Assembly (NCBI GenBank): GCA_963667015.2
Contig: CAXXJJ010000001.1
Span: 256,001-320,000, forward strand
DNA from: Desulfatiglandales bacterium
GTDB lineage: Bacteria > Desulfobacterota > DSM-4660 > Desulfatiglandales > HGW-15
Length of the DNA: 64,000 bases
Direction of reading: 5' to 3'
The position numbers and the translations under genes were made by a program. Shown in pieces: positions 39,510 to 49,962 of this stretch; positions within the stretch are counted from its first letter, which is position 1, and each line of letters starts with the position of its first letter. The notes under the pieces are model-generated. The model searched no databases, was not told the DNA's origin, and saw only the letters and a program-made list of their open reading frames with translations.

Positions 39510-40070
39510 ATGAAACATTTAAATACCGGTAAAGAACACAATAAAGTGATCAAGAGGCTGGAGAGGCAGGAAAAGAAACAATCTCTTCAGAGGGACAAAT
39601 TCCTGAGATATAAACTGAACGAAATACATTCAGGCCTGACTCAGGAGTTACTGATGCAGGAGATTGTAGAAACGGATAACTCCGGTGCTTTTTCGGAGTT
39701 ATTACTTAAGGGCCTTAAAAAACTTTCACGAACCAACGAGTTTGACTATAAATATTTTATAGCACCCATACGCGGGCTTGTTCCCCGCCCCAATCCCATT
39801 TCTCTATACATGACCCAGTACATTCTTGAAGATGTACTTAATGCGCCCTGTGTTATAGATGTTTATGGCACTGATGTTGAAATATACAAGGCTGTAAATA
39901 AGGTCGTCTCAAACCTGAACCTGAAGTTTGAACAGGCAGAAGAAAAAATTATGAAGCAGCTTGCCAGTAATAAATCCCTGACTCCCGGTTCAAGACAGTA
40001 TGATATCGCCTTTGATGAGCTTTTTCACAAAGCCATGGGCGATGCTCAGACTGAAAGCAATCCCCATTAG
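39510..40070 (+). CDS. Hypothetical protein
   Basis: 186-aa ORF co-oriented with its neighbours; no recognised motif. Confidence 0.7.
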   Translation: MKHLNTGKEHNKVIKRLERQEKKQSLQRDKFLRYKLNEIHSGLTQELLMQEIVETDNSGAFSELLLKGLKKLSRTNEFDYKYFIAPIRGLVPRPNPISLYMTQYILEDVLNAPCVIDVYGTDVEIYKAVNKVVSNLNLKFEQAEEKIMKQLASNKSLTPGSRQYDIAFDELFHKAMGDAQTESNPH

Positions 40071-40139
40071 AAATTAAATAAAGAAAAAATCCGGCAACCC
40101 CTTTAGCAAAAAAGGGGTTGTTCATTTAAGGAGAAATAT

Positions 40140-41081
40140 ATGTACGATAATATCGCTTTTTTATTTCCCGGGCAGAATTCACAGGTAATAGGCATGGGAC
40201 AGGACCTTGCAAATGAATTCCCTGAGGCGCGGGAGATATTCAGACAACTGGATGAGATATGTGAAAAACCAATGTCAAAACTTTGCTTTGAAGGGCCCGG
40301 TGAAGAGCTTATCCTTACAGTAAACCAGCAACCGGCCATCACTGCAGTAAATCTTGCCTGTTTAAAGGTTTTAAACCTTAAGGGTGTAAAGGCATCCGTA
40401 TCTGCCGGGCACAGCCTTGGTGAGTTTCCGGCACTTGTTTCATCAGGGGTATTATCAGAATATGATGCCCTTAAGATTGTAAAAAAACGCGGTGAACTTA
40501 TGCACAGGGAATCCCTTTCTCACCCCGGAGTAATGGCAGCGGTTATGAAGCTTTCAATAGACAAGGTGACCGAAATCGTAGAAAAGGCAAAGAGCAAAGG
40601 GCTACTTGCAGTTGCCAATCATAATTCGGAAGCACAGATAGTTATCACTGGCGAATCAGCACCAATGGATTATGCCCTCACACTTGTAAAGGAAGAAAAG
40701 GGAAAGGCCATACCCCTGAAGGTAAGCGGCGCATGGCATTGCGACCTTATGAAGGGCGCGGTTAATGAATTCCGGGAATACATGGAGGGTTTCACCTTTA
40801 ACAGCCCAATATCCACCATCCTGTTTAATGCAACTGCTGCAACAGAAAATGATCCGGAAAAAATAAAGGATATAATGGCCAATCAGTTAACGAGCCCGGT
40901 CAGATGGTATGATATTATCTGTCGTATGATTGAAGACAGGGTAGATACCATGGTTGACGTAGGCCCCCAGAAGCAGATGATGGGCCTGGTTGGAAGGATA
41001 CTTCCAAAGGACAGCAATATAACCACATCAAGCGTGGAGGATGTTGAAACCCTTAATGAATTCCTGCGGGCAAACGATTAA
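40140..41081 (+). CDS. fabD: Malonyl-CoA:ACP transacylase
   Basis: AFLFPGQ.SQ..GMG, QPAI, GHSLGE, L.VSGAWH, QLTSPVRW. Confidence 0.93.
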   Translation: MYDNIAFLFPGQNSQVIGMGQDLANEFPEAREIFRQLDEICEKPMSKLCFEGPGEELILTVNQQPAITAVNLACLKVLNLKGVKASVSAGHSLGEFPALVSSGVLSEYDALKIVKKRGELMHRESLSHPGVMAAVMKLSIDKVTEIVEKAKSKGLLAVANHNSEAQIVITGESAPMDYALTLVKEEKGKAIPLKVSGAWHCDLMKGAVNEFREYMEGFTFNSPISTILFNATAATENDPEKIKDIMANQLTSPVRWYDIICRMIEDRVDTMVDVGPQKQMMGLVGRILPKDSNITTSSVEDVETLNEFLRAND

Positions 41082-41118
41082 ACCAGTTGCAGGGATTTTC
41101 TTATAATAAGACGATCAA

Positions 41119-41152
41119 TAAAAAAATAACAGGCAGCGGTACTGCCTGTTAT
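41119..41152 (-). terminator. Intrinsic terminator between convergent genes
   Basis: ATAACAGGCAG/CTGCCTGTTAT stem with a U-tract on the minus strand. Confidence 0.7.
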
Positions 41153-41192
41153 CAAAATTATTAAAGCAGCCTGTATTTCTGTTCAGGCTGTT

Positions 41193-41594
41193 TTATTTTA
41201 CCTCAAATTCTTTACTGCCAAGAAGGGTACCATCCGGTGTTTCAATATCAATTCTCCATTTCCCTGTCCATGAAGGTAATATCTTTTTAGATGACCATGT
41301 CCTCCAGACCTTTGCCTTTGTAGACAGTTCTATCCTGGCCATAACACGGTCATTGTAGAGCCACACGTGAAAGATTGAACCTTCGTCCTTATTGCTTACT
41401 ATCTTTGTAAAACAGTAGAGTTTTTCCACATCGGCTGAAAAACTGGTGTCTACACCAACAGGCACTCTTTCTTCAATGGAAGTGCAGACTTCCAGATCTT
41501 CAACACTGATTTCCGGGGCCTGCTGGGCAAATGACACAGCGGATACTAATAAAACAATAAACATAATAAAAAATAACTTTGTTTTCATAATCAT
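41193..41594 (-). CDS. DUF2914 domain secreted protein
   Basis: LYCFT...HVW...WRTWSSK.I...W.G.WR.DI. Confidence 0.85.
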   Translation of the reverse strand: MIMKTKLFFIMFIVLLVSAVSFAQQAPEISVEDLEVCTSIEERVPVGVDTSFSADVEKLYCFTKIVSNKDEGSIFHVWLYNDRVMARIELSTKAKVWRTWSSKKILPSWTGKWRIDIETPDGTLLGSKEFEVK

Positions 41595-41618
41595 CTCCTC
41601 CTGATTTGGATGAAAAAA

Positions 41619-42323
41619 TTATATAAGACCCTTTAAATATTTTTGTCTTTCCTTTTCCTCAAATTTTTCAATTGCATAGCGAAGCATTGTTCTGGGCATA
41701 TCCTTATAATGTTTATCAAGGAAGTTCTTTTCTGCTGAAATGTCTCTTTTTCCTATCTCCCGGAGCATCCATCCAACGGCCTTATGGATGAGGTCTTCGT
41801 TATCCTTTAGGAGTGCTTCGGAAATATTGAGTGTATCCTTAAATATATTTTTCTTTATCAGGTGGAAAGTAGACATTACTGCAATGCGCCTTTCCCAGAG
41901 ATTTTCAGATCCAGCCATCTTATAGAGTATATCCCTGTTTCGATTTTCCAGGTATACCCCCACAATATAATGTGCAGAACTGTCTACAAGATCCCAGTTG
42001 TTGATCTTTTCAATGCTGCCAAGGTATAAGTTGTAGATAGCGGCCCTCTCTTCTTCTGTTCCTTTTGAAAATTTTTGAACAAGTATTATCAGGGCACATA
42101 GCCGTTCTTCATGAAATGAGGATTGTAAAAGCTTTTTTATAGCTGATAAATCGATATCCCGGTATTTTTTTGCCAACTGCCTTAAAACCGGCACCCTGAT
42201 GCCCAAAAACCTGTCACCCTCACCATATTCTCCTTTTCCCGTTTTAAAAAAGCCCATGGAATGGGCAGCAATTTCAGGATCAGCTAATCCTTGAAGACTT
42301 TTTTGAAGGGCTTTCAGCGACAT
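41619..42323 (-). CDS. DNA alkylation repair protein (AlkD-like HEAT repeat)
   Basis: FFKTGKGEYGEGD.FLGI.VP, INNWDLVD, LWERR, KAVGWMLRE, MPRTMLRYAIE. Confidence 0.92.
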   Translation of the reverse strand: MSLKALQKSLQGLADPEIAAHSMGFFKTGKGEYGEGDRFLGIRVPVLRQLAKKYRDIDLSAIKKLLQSSFHEERLCALIILVQKFSKGTEEERAAIYNLYLGSIEKINNWDLVDSSAHYIVGVYLENRNRDILYKMAGSENLWERRIAVMSTFHLIKKNIFKDTLNISEALLKDNEDLIHKAVGWMLREIGKRDISAEKNFLDKHYKDMPRTMLRYAIEKFEEKERQKYLKGLI

Positions 42324-42604
42324 TTGTAATATCCGGATTTCACGTTCAGGGAGTATAACAACTCCACCGCCACAAGCAGCGGGGCATCAACCAGGGACTA
42401 TTTCTCTTTAATCGCCGCAATTAACAAGATTATAGACACTGCGCTTCGCAATAAAAAAGAACCATAAAGATATCATAAGTTTCCAGTGACATCAAAAAAT
42501 AAAAAAAGAAAAGAAGAAGCCTGTTTTAGCGTGAAAGGGATCAATGTCCATATCGGGCAGTTAAAAACCTTCGCTTGCAGGCTAAGATAACTTAGTTCAG
42601 TTTT

Positions 42605-45313
42605 TTACTTAAGCATTATCCTCGAATCAAGCACGACATATCCCTGCCCCTCCGGAAGAACCGCTACTGGATTAAGGTCCATTTCAGTGATCTGCGGAAT
42701 TTCCTCAACCATTGCGGAAATTCTCAGGAGCAGTTCTTCAAGCGCCCTGATGTCCATTGGGGGAGCACCTCTGTATCCCTTGAGCAGTTCAATCATCCTT
42801 ACAGAATGGATCATCTCTTTTGCATCATGGTCACTTAACGGGTGAAGTCGCGTTGCCGTATCCTTTAGTAATTCAGCATATGTTCCGCCCAGACCAAACA
42901 TGATTACATGACCCAGATACCTGTCCTCATTGACTCCCGCAATTATCTCCACACCTCCTGCAATCATCTTCTGAAGGATAACTCCTGACATCTCATCAGT
43001 GAGACCTTGTCTATCAAGGTTTTCCCTGATCCGGTTAAAGGCCGCCTTTGTTTCTTCTGCACTCTCAACACCAAGAATAACTCCGCCTACATCACTCTTG
43101 TGTGTAATTGTAGAGGACTCCAGTTTTACTGCAACCGGAAAGCCAATCTTTTCTGCAGCCTTCGCTGCCTCCTCGGCGGTTTTAACCGCTGCGGTCTCTA
43201 CGGTCCTGATACCATAGTATGCAAAAAGGCGGTTAATCTTATTGTTCGGCATCCATATGGGGCGATGAGATGAAGTTGAAAGTACAGATTTAATCAGGCT
43301 TTTAGCTGCCCTGGAATCAATATCCGAAAATTCAGGTATTGTACCCTGGGCAGTGCGGAGCATGTCTCCGTATTTTACTGCATTAGTCAGGGCCTTAACA
43401 GCATCTTCCGGAAAAGGAAAGTAGGGAACAAACAGGTCTTCGCTTACATATCCTCCCTTCAGATCGGTTTGCCCGACAAAACAGGCCATAATCGGTTTGC
43501 CGGCCCTTCCGGCATCAGGGGCGATCCTTCTGATGACTGCCTCGATATGACTTACACCCTCACCTGCAGGGGGGATATAGATAACGATAATGGAATCATT
43601 TTCAGGGCTGTCCACCAGGATACGCAGACATGCCTCGAACTCCGTATCAGGAGAGCCTGCCGTGAGATCCAGTGGGTTACTGATTTTGATATCCCTTATT
43701 ACCTTTTCCTTTAGCTTTTTCAGAAGGGTATCTGAAAAGGATGGGACAATAAGTTTATTGCTGGATGCGGCATCTGCAGCAAGTGTGCCCGGACCACCGC
43801 CGTTTGTTATGATTGCAACCCTTCTGCCTTTTGGTACAGGCTGACTGGAAAGGAGAACAGCTGACTGGAACATGTCCTGCAGGCTGTCCACCCGTATAAT
43901 ACCTGCATGATGGAAGAGCGCTTCTGATACTTCACCGGGAGTAGCCATTGCCCCTGTGTGGGATTGGGCAGCGCGTGATCCTGCATCGGTTGACCCGCCT
44001 TTAAGGGCAAGGATAGGTTTTTTAAGGGCAGCTCTCTTGCATATCCTGCTGAACTTGTCAGGATTGTCAAATGATTCAAGGTAAAGAAGAATCACCTTAG
44101 TGGCATCATCATTTTCCCAGTACTGCACCATATCAGTAGAGGCAATATCAGCCCTGTTTCCCACACTCATAAAGCACGAAAAACCCGTTTCCTGCTTCCT
44201 GGCATACTGGAGAACACCGGCGCAAAGGGCGCCGCTCTGTGAAATAAAGGCAATATTTCCCCGCTTAGGTGATGTAAGAGAGAATGTTGCATTTAAGGAT
44301 ATTTCAGGATCCGTGTTTATAAATCCCATACAGTTGGGGCCTATTATTCGCATACCATAACCAAAGGCGGTTTCACGCAGCGCCTTTTCCAGGGCGGCGC
44401 CTTCATGCCCGATCTCTTTAAATCCGTCTGAAATAACAACCATGCCCTTTACCCTTTTTCTGCCGCATTGATCCACAATCTGAAGGACATTTCCAGAGGG
44501 CACAACGATTATGGCAAGGTCAATCGGGCACTCTATTTCGAGGATGGTCTTATATGCCTTTACCGACATTACAACACTGGAAGTAGGTGACACAGGATAA
44601 ACAACGCCTGTAAAGCCGTTCTGGATAACAGATCGGAATACAAGATTTCCAATAGAACCGTTTCTGTTTGATGCGCCTATTACTGCAATGGATTTTGGTC
44701 TTATGATATTACTGAGGGATTTGATCGTAGCTTCCCTGGCCCGGTCGTCCTTCTTGAGCTCTACTTCCGGTGTTTTTGAAATGGAAAAGGATATATGTAC
44801 GATATTATCCTTAATCTCCCGTTTTGTACTGAAGCCGTAGTTCTGGAATACAGTCAGCATACCTGTATTTTCTTGCATAACATAGGCTTCAAAGGTATCG
44901 ATATCGTTCTGACGTGCAACAGAGGCAAGCCATTCTATCAACTTGTTACCGATGCCCCTTTCCTGATATTTATCATCAATAACAAATGCTATTTCTGCGG
45001 TGCTTCCGGATGGAAGACGGTTGTATCGGCCAAAGGCAACAATCCTGTCTTTCCCATCCTCTTTTGCCTCAGCAACAAATGCATATGAGTTTTTATAGTC
45101 AACCTTGCAGTATCTTACGGCATCATCCCTTTTCATATCCTCAGGTATATAGTGCAGGCGCAGGTATTTGGTCCTGTAACTGAGACCACTGTAGAATTCG
45201 AACCATGCGTCGCAGTCATCCATTGTTATGGGCCGGAAAAGAATGGTCGACCCATCCATCAGGACCTCCCGGGCCTTGTATTCTTCAGGATTAAGTATTT
45301 TATTTTCTGCCAT
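42605..45313 (-). CDS. N-terminal GNAT plus NDP-forming acyl-CoA synthetase fusion (Pat-like protein acetyltransferase)
   Basis: GNAT (AEIAFVI.D.YQ..GIG), CoA-binding (SIAVIGAS; GPNCMG; SQSGA), SHTGA, ATP-grasp (HKSDVGGV; EMDLNP). Confidence 0.9.
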   Translation of the reverse strand: MAENKILNPEEYKAREVLMDGSTILFRPITMDDCDAWFEFYSGLSYRTKYLRLHYIPEDMKRDDAVRYCKVDYKNSYAFVAEAKEDGKDRIVAFGRYNRLPSGSTAEIAFVIDDKYQERGIGNKLIEWLASVARQNDIDTFEAYVMQENTGMLTVFQNYGFSTKREIKDNIVHISFSISKTPEVELKKDDRAREATIKSLSNIIRPKSIAVIGASNRNGSIGNLVFRSVIQNGFTGVVYPVSPTSSVVMSVKAYKTILEIECPIDLAIIVVPSGNVLQIVDQCGRKRVKGMVVISDGFKEIGHEGAALEKALRETAFGYGMRIIGPNCMGFINTDPEISLNATFSLTSPKRGNIAFISQSGALCAGVLQYARKQETGFSCFMSVGNRADIASTDMVQYWENDDATKVILLYLESFDNPDKFSRICKRAALKKPILALKGGSTDAGSRAAQSHTGAMATPGEVSEALFHHAGIIRVDSLQDMFQSAVLLSSQPVPKGRRVAIITNGGGPGTLAADAASSNKLIVPSFSDTLLKKLKEKVIRDIKISNPLDLTAGSPDTEFEACLRILVDSPENDSIIVIYIPPAGEGVSHIEAVIRRIAPDAGRAGKPIMACFVGQTDLKGGYVSEDLFVPYFPFPEDAVKALTNAVKYGDMLRTAQGTIPEFSDIDSRAAKSLIKSVLSTSSHRPIWMPNNKINRLFAYYGIRTVETAAVKTAEEAAKAAEKIGFPVAVKLESSTITHKSDVGGVILGVESAEETKAAFNRIRENLDRQGLTDEMSGVILQKMIAGGVEIIAGVNEDRYLGHVIMFGLGGTYAELLKDTATRLHPLSDHDAKEMIHSVRMIELLKGYRGAPPMDIRALEELLLRISAMVEEIPQITEMDLNPVAVLPEGQGYVVLDSRIMLK

Positions 45314-45555
45314 TTTTTCTTTCCTTATATATCAGGTCCATATAAACTGAGCGTCTAAAACTGCCGGATACTGAAATCAGATGGCTTTAACACTGTCCTG
45401 CAATATAATAGTTTTAAAAAGAAACATCTGAAAATAAAATCATAATAAAAAAAGCAGGAGATAGTAAGCTTTTATTTTCAGTATTAACCGGCATACATCC
45501 CTGTTTAAATGTAGTTACTTTTTAGCATGCAACATATTTTGATACATATACTTGA

Positions 45556-46689
45556 ATGAAGAAAAGACAGCCTAAAAAAAACCAGGTGAATTATATTTTC
45601 AGGCCGGAGGATTACCCTTCTGAACCCGGATGTTATCTCATGAAAGACAGCAAAGGGCAGGTCATTTATGTTGGCAAAGCCAAGAACCTCCGGCGAAGAC
45701 TGTCCTATTATTTTCGTACACGCAGACAGTATTACAAGACAAAACGAATGGTCCCGAGGATATATGATGTTGAGGTTATCCTGGTTAATAATGAGACCGA
45801 AAGCCTGGTCCTGGAAAACAACCTGATAAAACATTATAAACCCAGGTATAACAGCATGCTTATGGAAGATGATGTCGGATATCCCTTTATTGTTCTGACA
45901 GGAGAGGAATATCCACGGCTCCTGCCATACCGCAGAAACTGGTCTAATAAACAGTGGTCGGAGACAAAAGGACAGAACCAGGGTAAAAGGTTCGGGCCGT
46001 ATCTTTCTAAAATTTTTCGTGATGCAGTAATGAATCTTGCTATTGAGACCTTCGGGCTTCGTATATGCAGAAACCTTCCTGATAAAATCTGTTTCAGATA
46101 TCAGCTGAAAAAATGCTGCGGTATTTGTGAAGGCCGTGTATCTCCGGAAGAATACGGATATGCTGTAAGACTGGCTGTTGAACTGCTTGAATACCGCTAT
46201 TCGGATATACTTAAAATATTCCGGGATCGGATGGCATCCTGTGCTGAAAACCTTGATTATGAATCCGCTGCAAAACTCAGAGACCGGATCATGCTTATTG
46301 AGAATTTTCTTGAAAAACAGGTTGTGGAAAGGGATGAAAAATTTGATCAGGATGTCCTGTTTTTCGGGGACAGCCATGTTATGGTAATGGAAATCAAAAA
46401 AGGAATGCTTCTCAAAGGCACCCTTTTCGACCTGCCGGAGGGCGGTGATTATAATAATACCTGCAGGGAATTCCTTTCATCCCGATACCGGGAAAACAGC
46501 CCTGATGAACTTATTATGAATACCCCGGAAAACACAGAAGTAAATGAAAGACTATCCTTTTCAAATAACAGGACCACTGTTCGAATCACTGTTCCTGATC
46601 AGGGCATTAAGATGGATCTTTTAATGCTGTGCAAAAAAAATTATGAGTATCGGATAAAAAACAAGGAGGCAAAATGGGAGACATGCTGA
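45556..46689 (+). CDS. Short UvrC-like (Cho-like) GIY-YIG excinuclease
   Basis: PGCYLMKD...YVGKAKNLRRR, LENNLIK...PRYN, Cys cluster, UVR motif YESAAKLRD. Ends at 377 aa without the C-terminal nuclease core or HhH. Confidence 0.85.
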   Translation: MKKRQPKKNQVNYIFRPEDYPSEPGCYLMKDSKGQVIYVGKAKNLRRRLSYYFRTRRQYYKTKRMVPRIYDVEVILVNNETESLVLENNLIKHYKPRYNSMLMEDDVGYPFIVLTGEEYPRLLPYRRNWSNKQWSETKGQNQGKRFGPYLSKIFRDAVMNLAIETFGLRICRNLPDKICFRYQLKKCCGICEGRVSPEEYGYAVRLAVELLEYRYSDILKIFRDRMASCAENLDYESAAKLRDRIMLIENFLEKQVVERDEKFDQDVLFFGDSHVMVMEIKKGMLLKGTLFDLPEGGDYNNTCREFLSSRYRENSPDELIMNTPENTEVNERLSFSNNRTTVRITVPDQGIKMDLLMLCKKNYEYRIKNKEAKWETC

Positions 46690-47555
46690 AGGACAGGGTA
46701 GCGGTAATAACCGGATCAGGTAACGGGCTTGGAAGGGCAGAGGCAATAGCAATGGCTGCCCAGGGCGCAAAGGTAGTGGTAAACGATCTGGGGACAAGTC
46801 ATGACGGGAAGGGGGCATCTTCCGAAGATGCGGACAGGGTCGTTGAAACCATAAAAAAGGCCGGAGGTGAAGCTGTTGCCAGCTATGACAGTGTTGCTTC
46901 AGAAGAAGGAGCTGAAAATATCATTAAAACGGCTGTTGATAACTATGGCCGCCTGGATATCCTTGTAAATAATGCAGGAATAATACGCACCGATGTTGTC
47001 TGGGAGATAAAGACAGAAGACTGGGACGCCATGATAAAGACTCATCTCTATGGAACATTTTTCTGCACAAGGGCCGCCACAGCCATAATGAAGGAACAGG
47101 GTTATGGCAGGATTGTCTGCACATCATCCCATATAGGGTTTGGGTTCTTCGGTCAGGCCGCTTATTCCTGTGTAAAGGAGGGGATAACAGGTTTTGCACG
47201 CACAGTTGCCAGGGATATGGGAAAATTCGGTGCCACATGCAACATTATACGTCCCCTGGCGGCATGGCGCGGCGTGGAAGATAAGGTCGGCATAATGGAA
47301 GAAAACAGGCCAGAAGATGTTGCATCTTTTGTTACCTACCTGGTAAGTGAATCAGCCGGGAATATAAACGGTTGCATATTTGAAGTGTTCAAAAACAGGG
47401 TGGGTATTTTTACGGAACCGCAGCCGCTTGAGCAGGTCCTGTGGAAGGACGGTCGCTGGACACCGGAAGATTTTGCAAGGGTAATGCCTGAAACGCTTAC
47501 AAGGGGAAAGAAGCGGGAGGTGTACCCGAAGACCCTTCCATATATTTTTGATTAG
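46674..47555 (+). CDS. SDR family oxidoreductase
   Basis: TGSGNGLG, VVVNDLG, NNAG, YSCVK (YxxxK). Confidence 0.92.
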   Translation: MGDMLKDRVAVITGSGNGLGRAEAIAMAAQGAKVVVNDLGTSHDGKGASSEDADRVVETIKKAGGEAVASYDSVASEEGAENIIKTAVDNYGRLDILVNNAGIIRTDVVWEIKTEDWDAMIKTHLYGTFFCTRAATAIMKEQGYGRIVCTSSHIGFGFFGQAAYSCVKEGITGFARTVARDMGKFGATCNIIRPLAAWRGVEDKVGIMEENRPEDVASFVTYLVSESAGNINGCIFEVFKNRVGIFTEPQPLEQVLWKDGRWTPEDFARVMPETLTRGKKREVYPKTLPYIFD

Positions 47556-47578
47556 AATATAACAGAAAGGTTTTTATT

Positions 47579-47690
47579 TTGCATATATCTGAAGGAAAAG
47601 AGCTTGTAAGTGGAAAGACCAATGAGAATGGGGATTTTTCCTTTAAGATTCCAGTAGTTGCAGATCTTAAAATTGTCACTGAGAGAGGGC
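47579..47690 (+). pseudogene. Remnant resembling a CbiL/NikL-type Ni/Co transporter accessory protein
   Basis: GKELVSGKTNENGDFSFKIP...DLKIV fragment with no proper start or signal peptide; recognised from memory of the family. Confidence 0.4.
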
Positions 47691-47770
47691 AAGGGGCCGG
47701 GTGCTACAGAAATTATAGGCGGGAAATGTCTTTCAGGGGATTGTCCTTGTGGCTGGCAAAACCTTCCCAG

Positions 47771-49763
47771 CCCGACTTTCGCTATTAGAGGGCTATAAAA
47801 AAATAACCCATTGAAAACAGGGGGTAAAATTTAAAAAGTCTTCACTACAGACGTATCTGATCCCATCGATATTTCAGGTGGAGGCTGGGGAGGTAATTTA
47901 AATTTGAGCCTGTCCAGAAGGAGTTGTTGGGCCTTGTCAGGTCTGGTATACCTGGACATTCTCAACTCTCGGCCATCGGTGGTTGGAACATGCACATCTA
48001 TCATCTGAATGACTTTCAGCTGTTCCAGAATCGATCGAGGTGTCAGGCCAGGTGCGTATGTCCGGGCCAGCTTACGAAGAGTCACATGCAGGCAATATGC
48101 AAGAAATGATACAAATATATGAGCATCTATTCGTTCTTCAAGCTGGTGATATATTGGCCGAACCGATAAGTCTCCTTTCAAATTACGAAAAGCTTCCTCC
48201 ACTTCCGTCAACAATATGTACTGCTCCCACAACTTCCCAGGCTCAGCACCACTCTGGTTGGTCCGCAAGAGGTATCTTCCATCTCGCCTGTAAAGCTTAC
48301 GATATCTGCTGAGATTAATCCTCCAGAAAAATGTATCTTCATTGACTGGCTCGTTTATACCGGGAATCGTTATATCCAGCACACGTGCAAAACGGCCTGC
48401 ATCCTTTTCTGCGGCTCCTATCTTTTTAAGCAGTTTATCCCTGTCTATTGTTTTTTGACTCCTTAACTCTTTCAGCCTGGATATAAAACGCATTAGTTTG
48501 CCCAGACGGATACCCCTTTCCTTTTTACGACGATCATCACTTTCTGCAAGGATGTAGAGATCTTTGTCTTCTGATAAGAACTTTACCCTTACCTTTTCTC
48601 TTACTTTATTCCATAGCTTTTCCGAAAGCGCTGTTTCATACCGGGACAGATGTCCCCGGGGTGTCCCTACCAGATAATATACCGGAGACTCTGATTCACG
48701 CATCTCCTTTAGAACCTCTTCGGTTGGTATCCCTCTGTCCATAATCCAGATGCGGTCAGCAGTTCCATAGCACCTGCCTATGTGTTCAAGCATCCCGCGT
48801 AATGTCTGTTTGTCCTGTGTATTTCCGGGCAACACTTCATATGCAAGGGGAAATCCTTCAGGTGTAACCACCAGGGCTATGACTACCTGCACGCAATCAT
48901 TACGTTTGTCTCTGCTATAACCAAACTGTCTCTTTCCCTGAAAGGGCGGATTACTTTCAAAATATGTACTGGTCAGATCGTACAAAAGAATTTCAAATTT
49001 TGTATCAAACAGATTTTCCCATTTCTTTCTTAAATGCCTGAACAGCTCATCTTTATGTTCCAAAAGCTTATCATGACATCTGTACAATGTATCTTTTCCT
49101 GCTATCCTGAAGTCTTCTCCCAGCAGATCCCCCATGGCGCTATTATCATACCAATATCTGTGAAGACGCCATTCGCTGCCAGGGTCAATTAAACGGTATG
49201 TTACTAGGGTTTGGAGTACATTGCGCCACCTTGTACCTTTTCTACTTATACCTAATCGATCTTTCCAGAACTCCGATAATCCTAAAAGCTTCCATAATTC
49301 ACAGGCAAGCCAACAGGCTCCCCATTGCCTTGGACGGCTAAGCTCCAGCTTGCTCATTATTAACTGAACGCTGTTTTCAACTCCTTCCGGGATTTCTCTG
49401 TCCTCAGGAAACAAGGACATCTGCCGGTTCTCTTTGCCTTCAACAATTTCTATAGCCCTGGTCCATCCGGTTTTCTGACTGTCGTTGATTTCTCCCAGGT
49501 ACAATAAAGTCTTTTGCACACTTCTGCCATCTCTTACTCGTCGGCTTTCGACAACGCTGTAATATCGGTGTGTCTTTCCGTCTTTTCTTCGGTTTGTTGA
49601 TCTTAGGTACATACCCACATTCTCGCAACCATTATCATATATTGCAAGGGGGTAGGTCTTCACTACAACCGGTTTTCAAATCCTCACTATCGTGTTTTCA
49701 ATTACTTACAGCTTAAAATATCGTGCTTTTTGTCAATTTCTTCCCCGAATAGCGAAAGTCGGG
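47771..49763 (-). mobile_element. IS1634-family insertion sequence, complete
   Basis: 16-bp perfect terminal IRs CCCGACTTTCGCTATT (47771-47786 and 49748-49763), flanked by a CCAG direct repeat (47767-47770 and 49764-49767). Confidence 0.93.
47831..49612 (-). CDS. IS1634 DDE transposase
   Basis: LYDLTSTYFE, GYSRDKR.D..Q, MDRG, VEEAFR.LK..L..RPIYH...RI.AH; likely start MYLR at 49612. Confidence 0.95.
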   Translation of the reverse strand: MYLRSTNRRKDGKTHRYYSVVESRRVRDGRSVQKTLLYLGEINDSQKTGWTRAIEIVEGKENRQMSLFPEDREIPEGVENSVQLIMSKLELSRPRQWGACWLACELWKLLGLSEFWKDRLGISRKGTRWRNVLQTLVTYRLIDPGSEWRLHRYWYDNSAMGDLLGEDFRIAGKDTLYRCHDKLLEHKDELFRHLRKKWENLFDTKFEILLYDLTSTYFESNPPFQGKRQFGYSRDKRNDCVQVVIALVVTPEGFPLAYEVLPGNTQDKQTLRGMLEHIGRCYGTADRIWIMDRGIPTEEVLKEMRESESPVYYLVGTPRGHLSRYETALSEKLWNKVREKVRVKFLSEDKDLYILAESDDRRKKERGIRLGKLMRFISRLKELRSQKTIDRDKLLKKIGAAEKDAGRFARVLDITIPGINEPVNEDTFFWRINLSRYRKLYRRDGRYLLRTNQSGAEPGKLWEQYILLTEVEEAFRNLKGDLSVRPIYHQLEERIDAHIFVSFLAYCLHVTLRKLARTYAPGLTPRSILEQLKVIQMIDVHVPTTDGRELRMSRYTRPDKAQQLLLDRLKFKLPPQPPPEISMGSDTSVVKTF

Positions 49764-49888
49764 CCAGGAACGGATGTTGAAATAGGCGCAGTTCTCTGGA
49801 TCGAGTTTAAGGAAATAAAATAGCAGGCCGAGCCTGTTAAGGATTTTTATCTATAAATATTCTAACTGCCTGAAGCAATTCACATGAA

Positions 49889-49943
49889 GGGCACGGTGCG
49901 CTTGTCACGTCATAGCTTTAGCGAAGGCGGACCGTGCCCCTGC
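49889..49943. repeat. REP-like palindrome with internal insertion
   Basis: GGGCACGGT...ACCGTGCCCCTGC arms separated by a 33-nt segment containing CATAGCTTTAGCGAAGGCGG. Confidence 0.6.
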
Positions 49944-49962
49944 AGGTTATAAAGCTACCTGT

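Noticed and set aside
42340..42460. Possible decayed repeat (CCGCCACAAGCAGCGGGG...CGCCGCAA), similar to the hairpin at about 35803-35824
   Set aside because: Too degenerate to define ends or a family without a genome-wide search.
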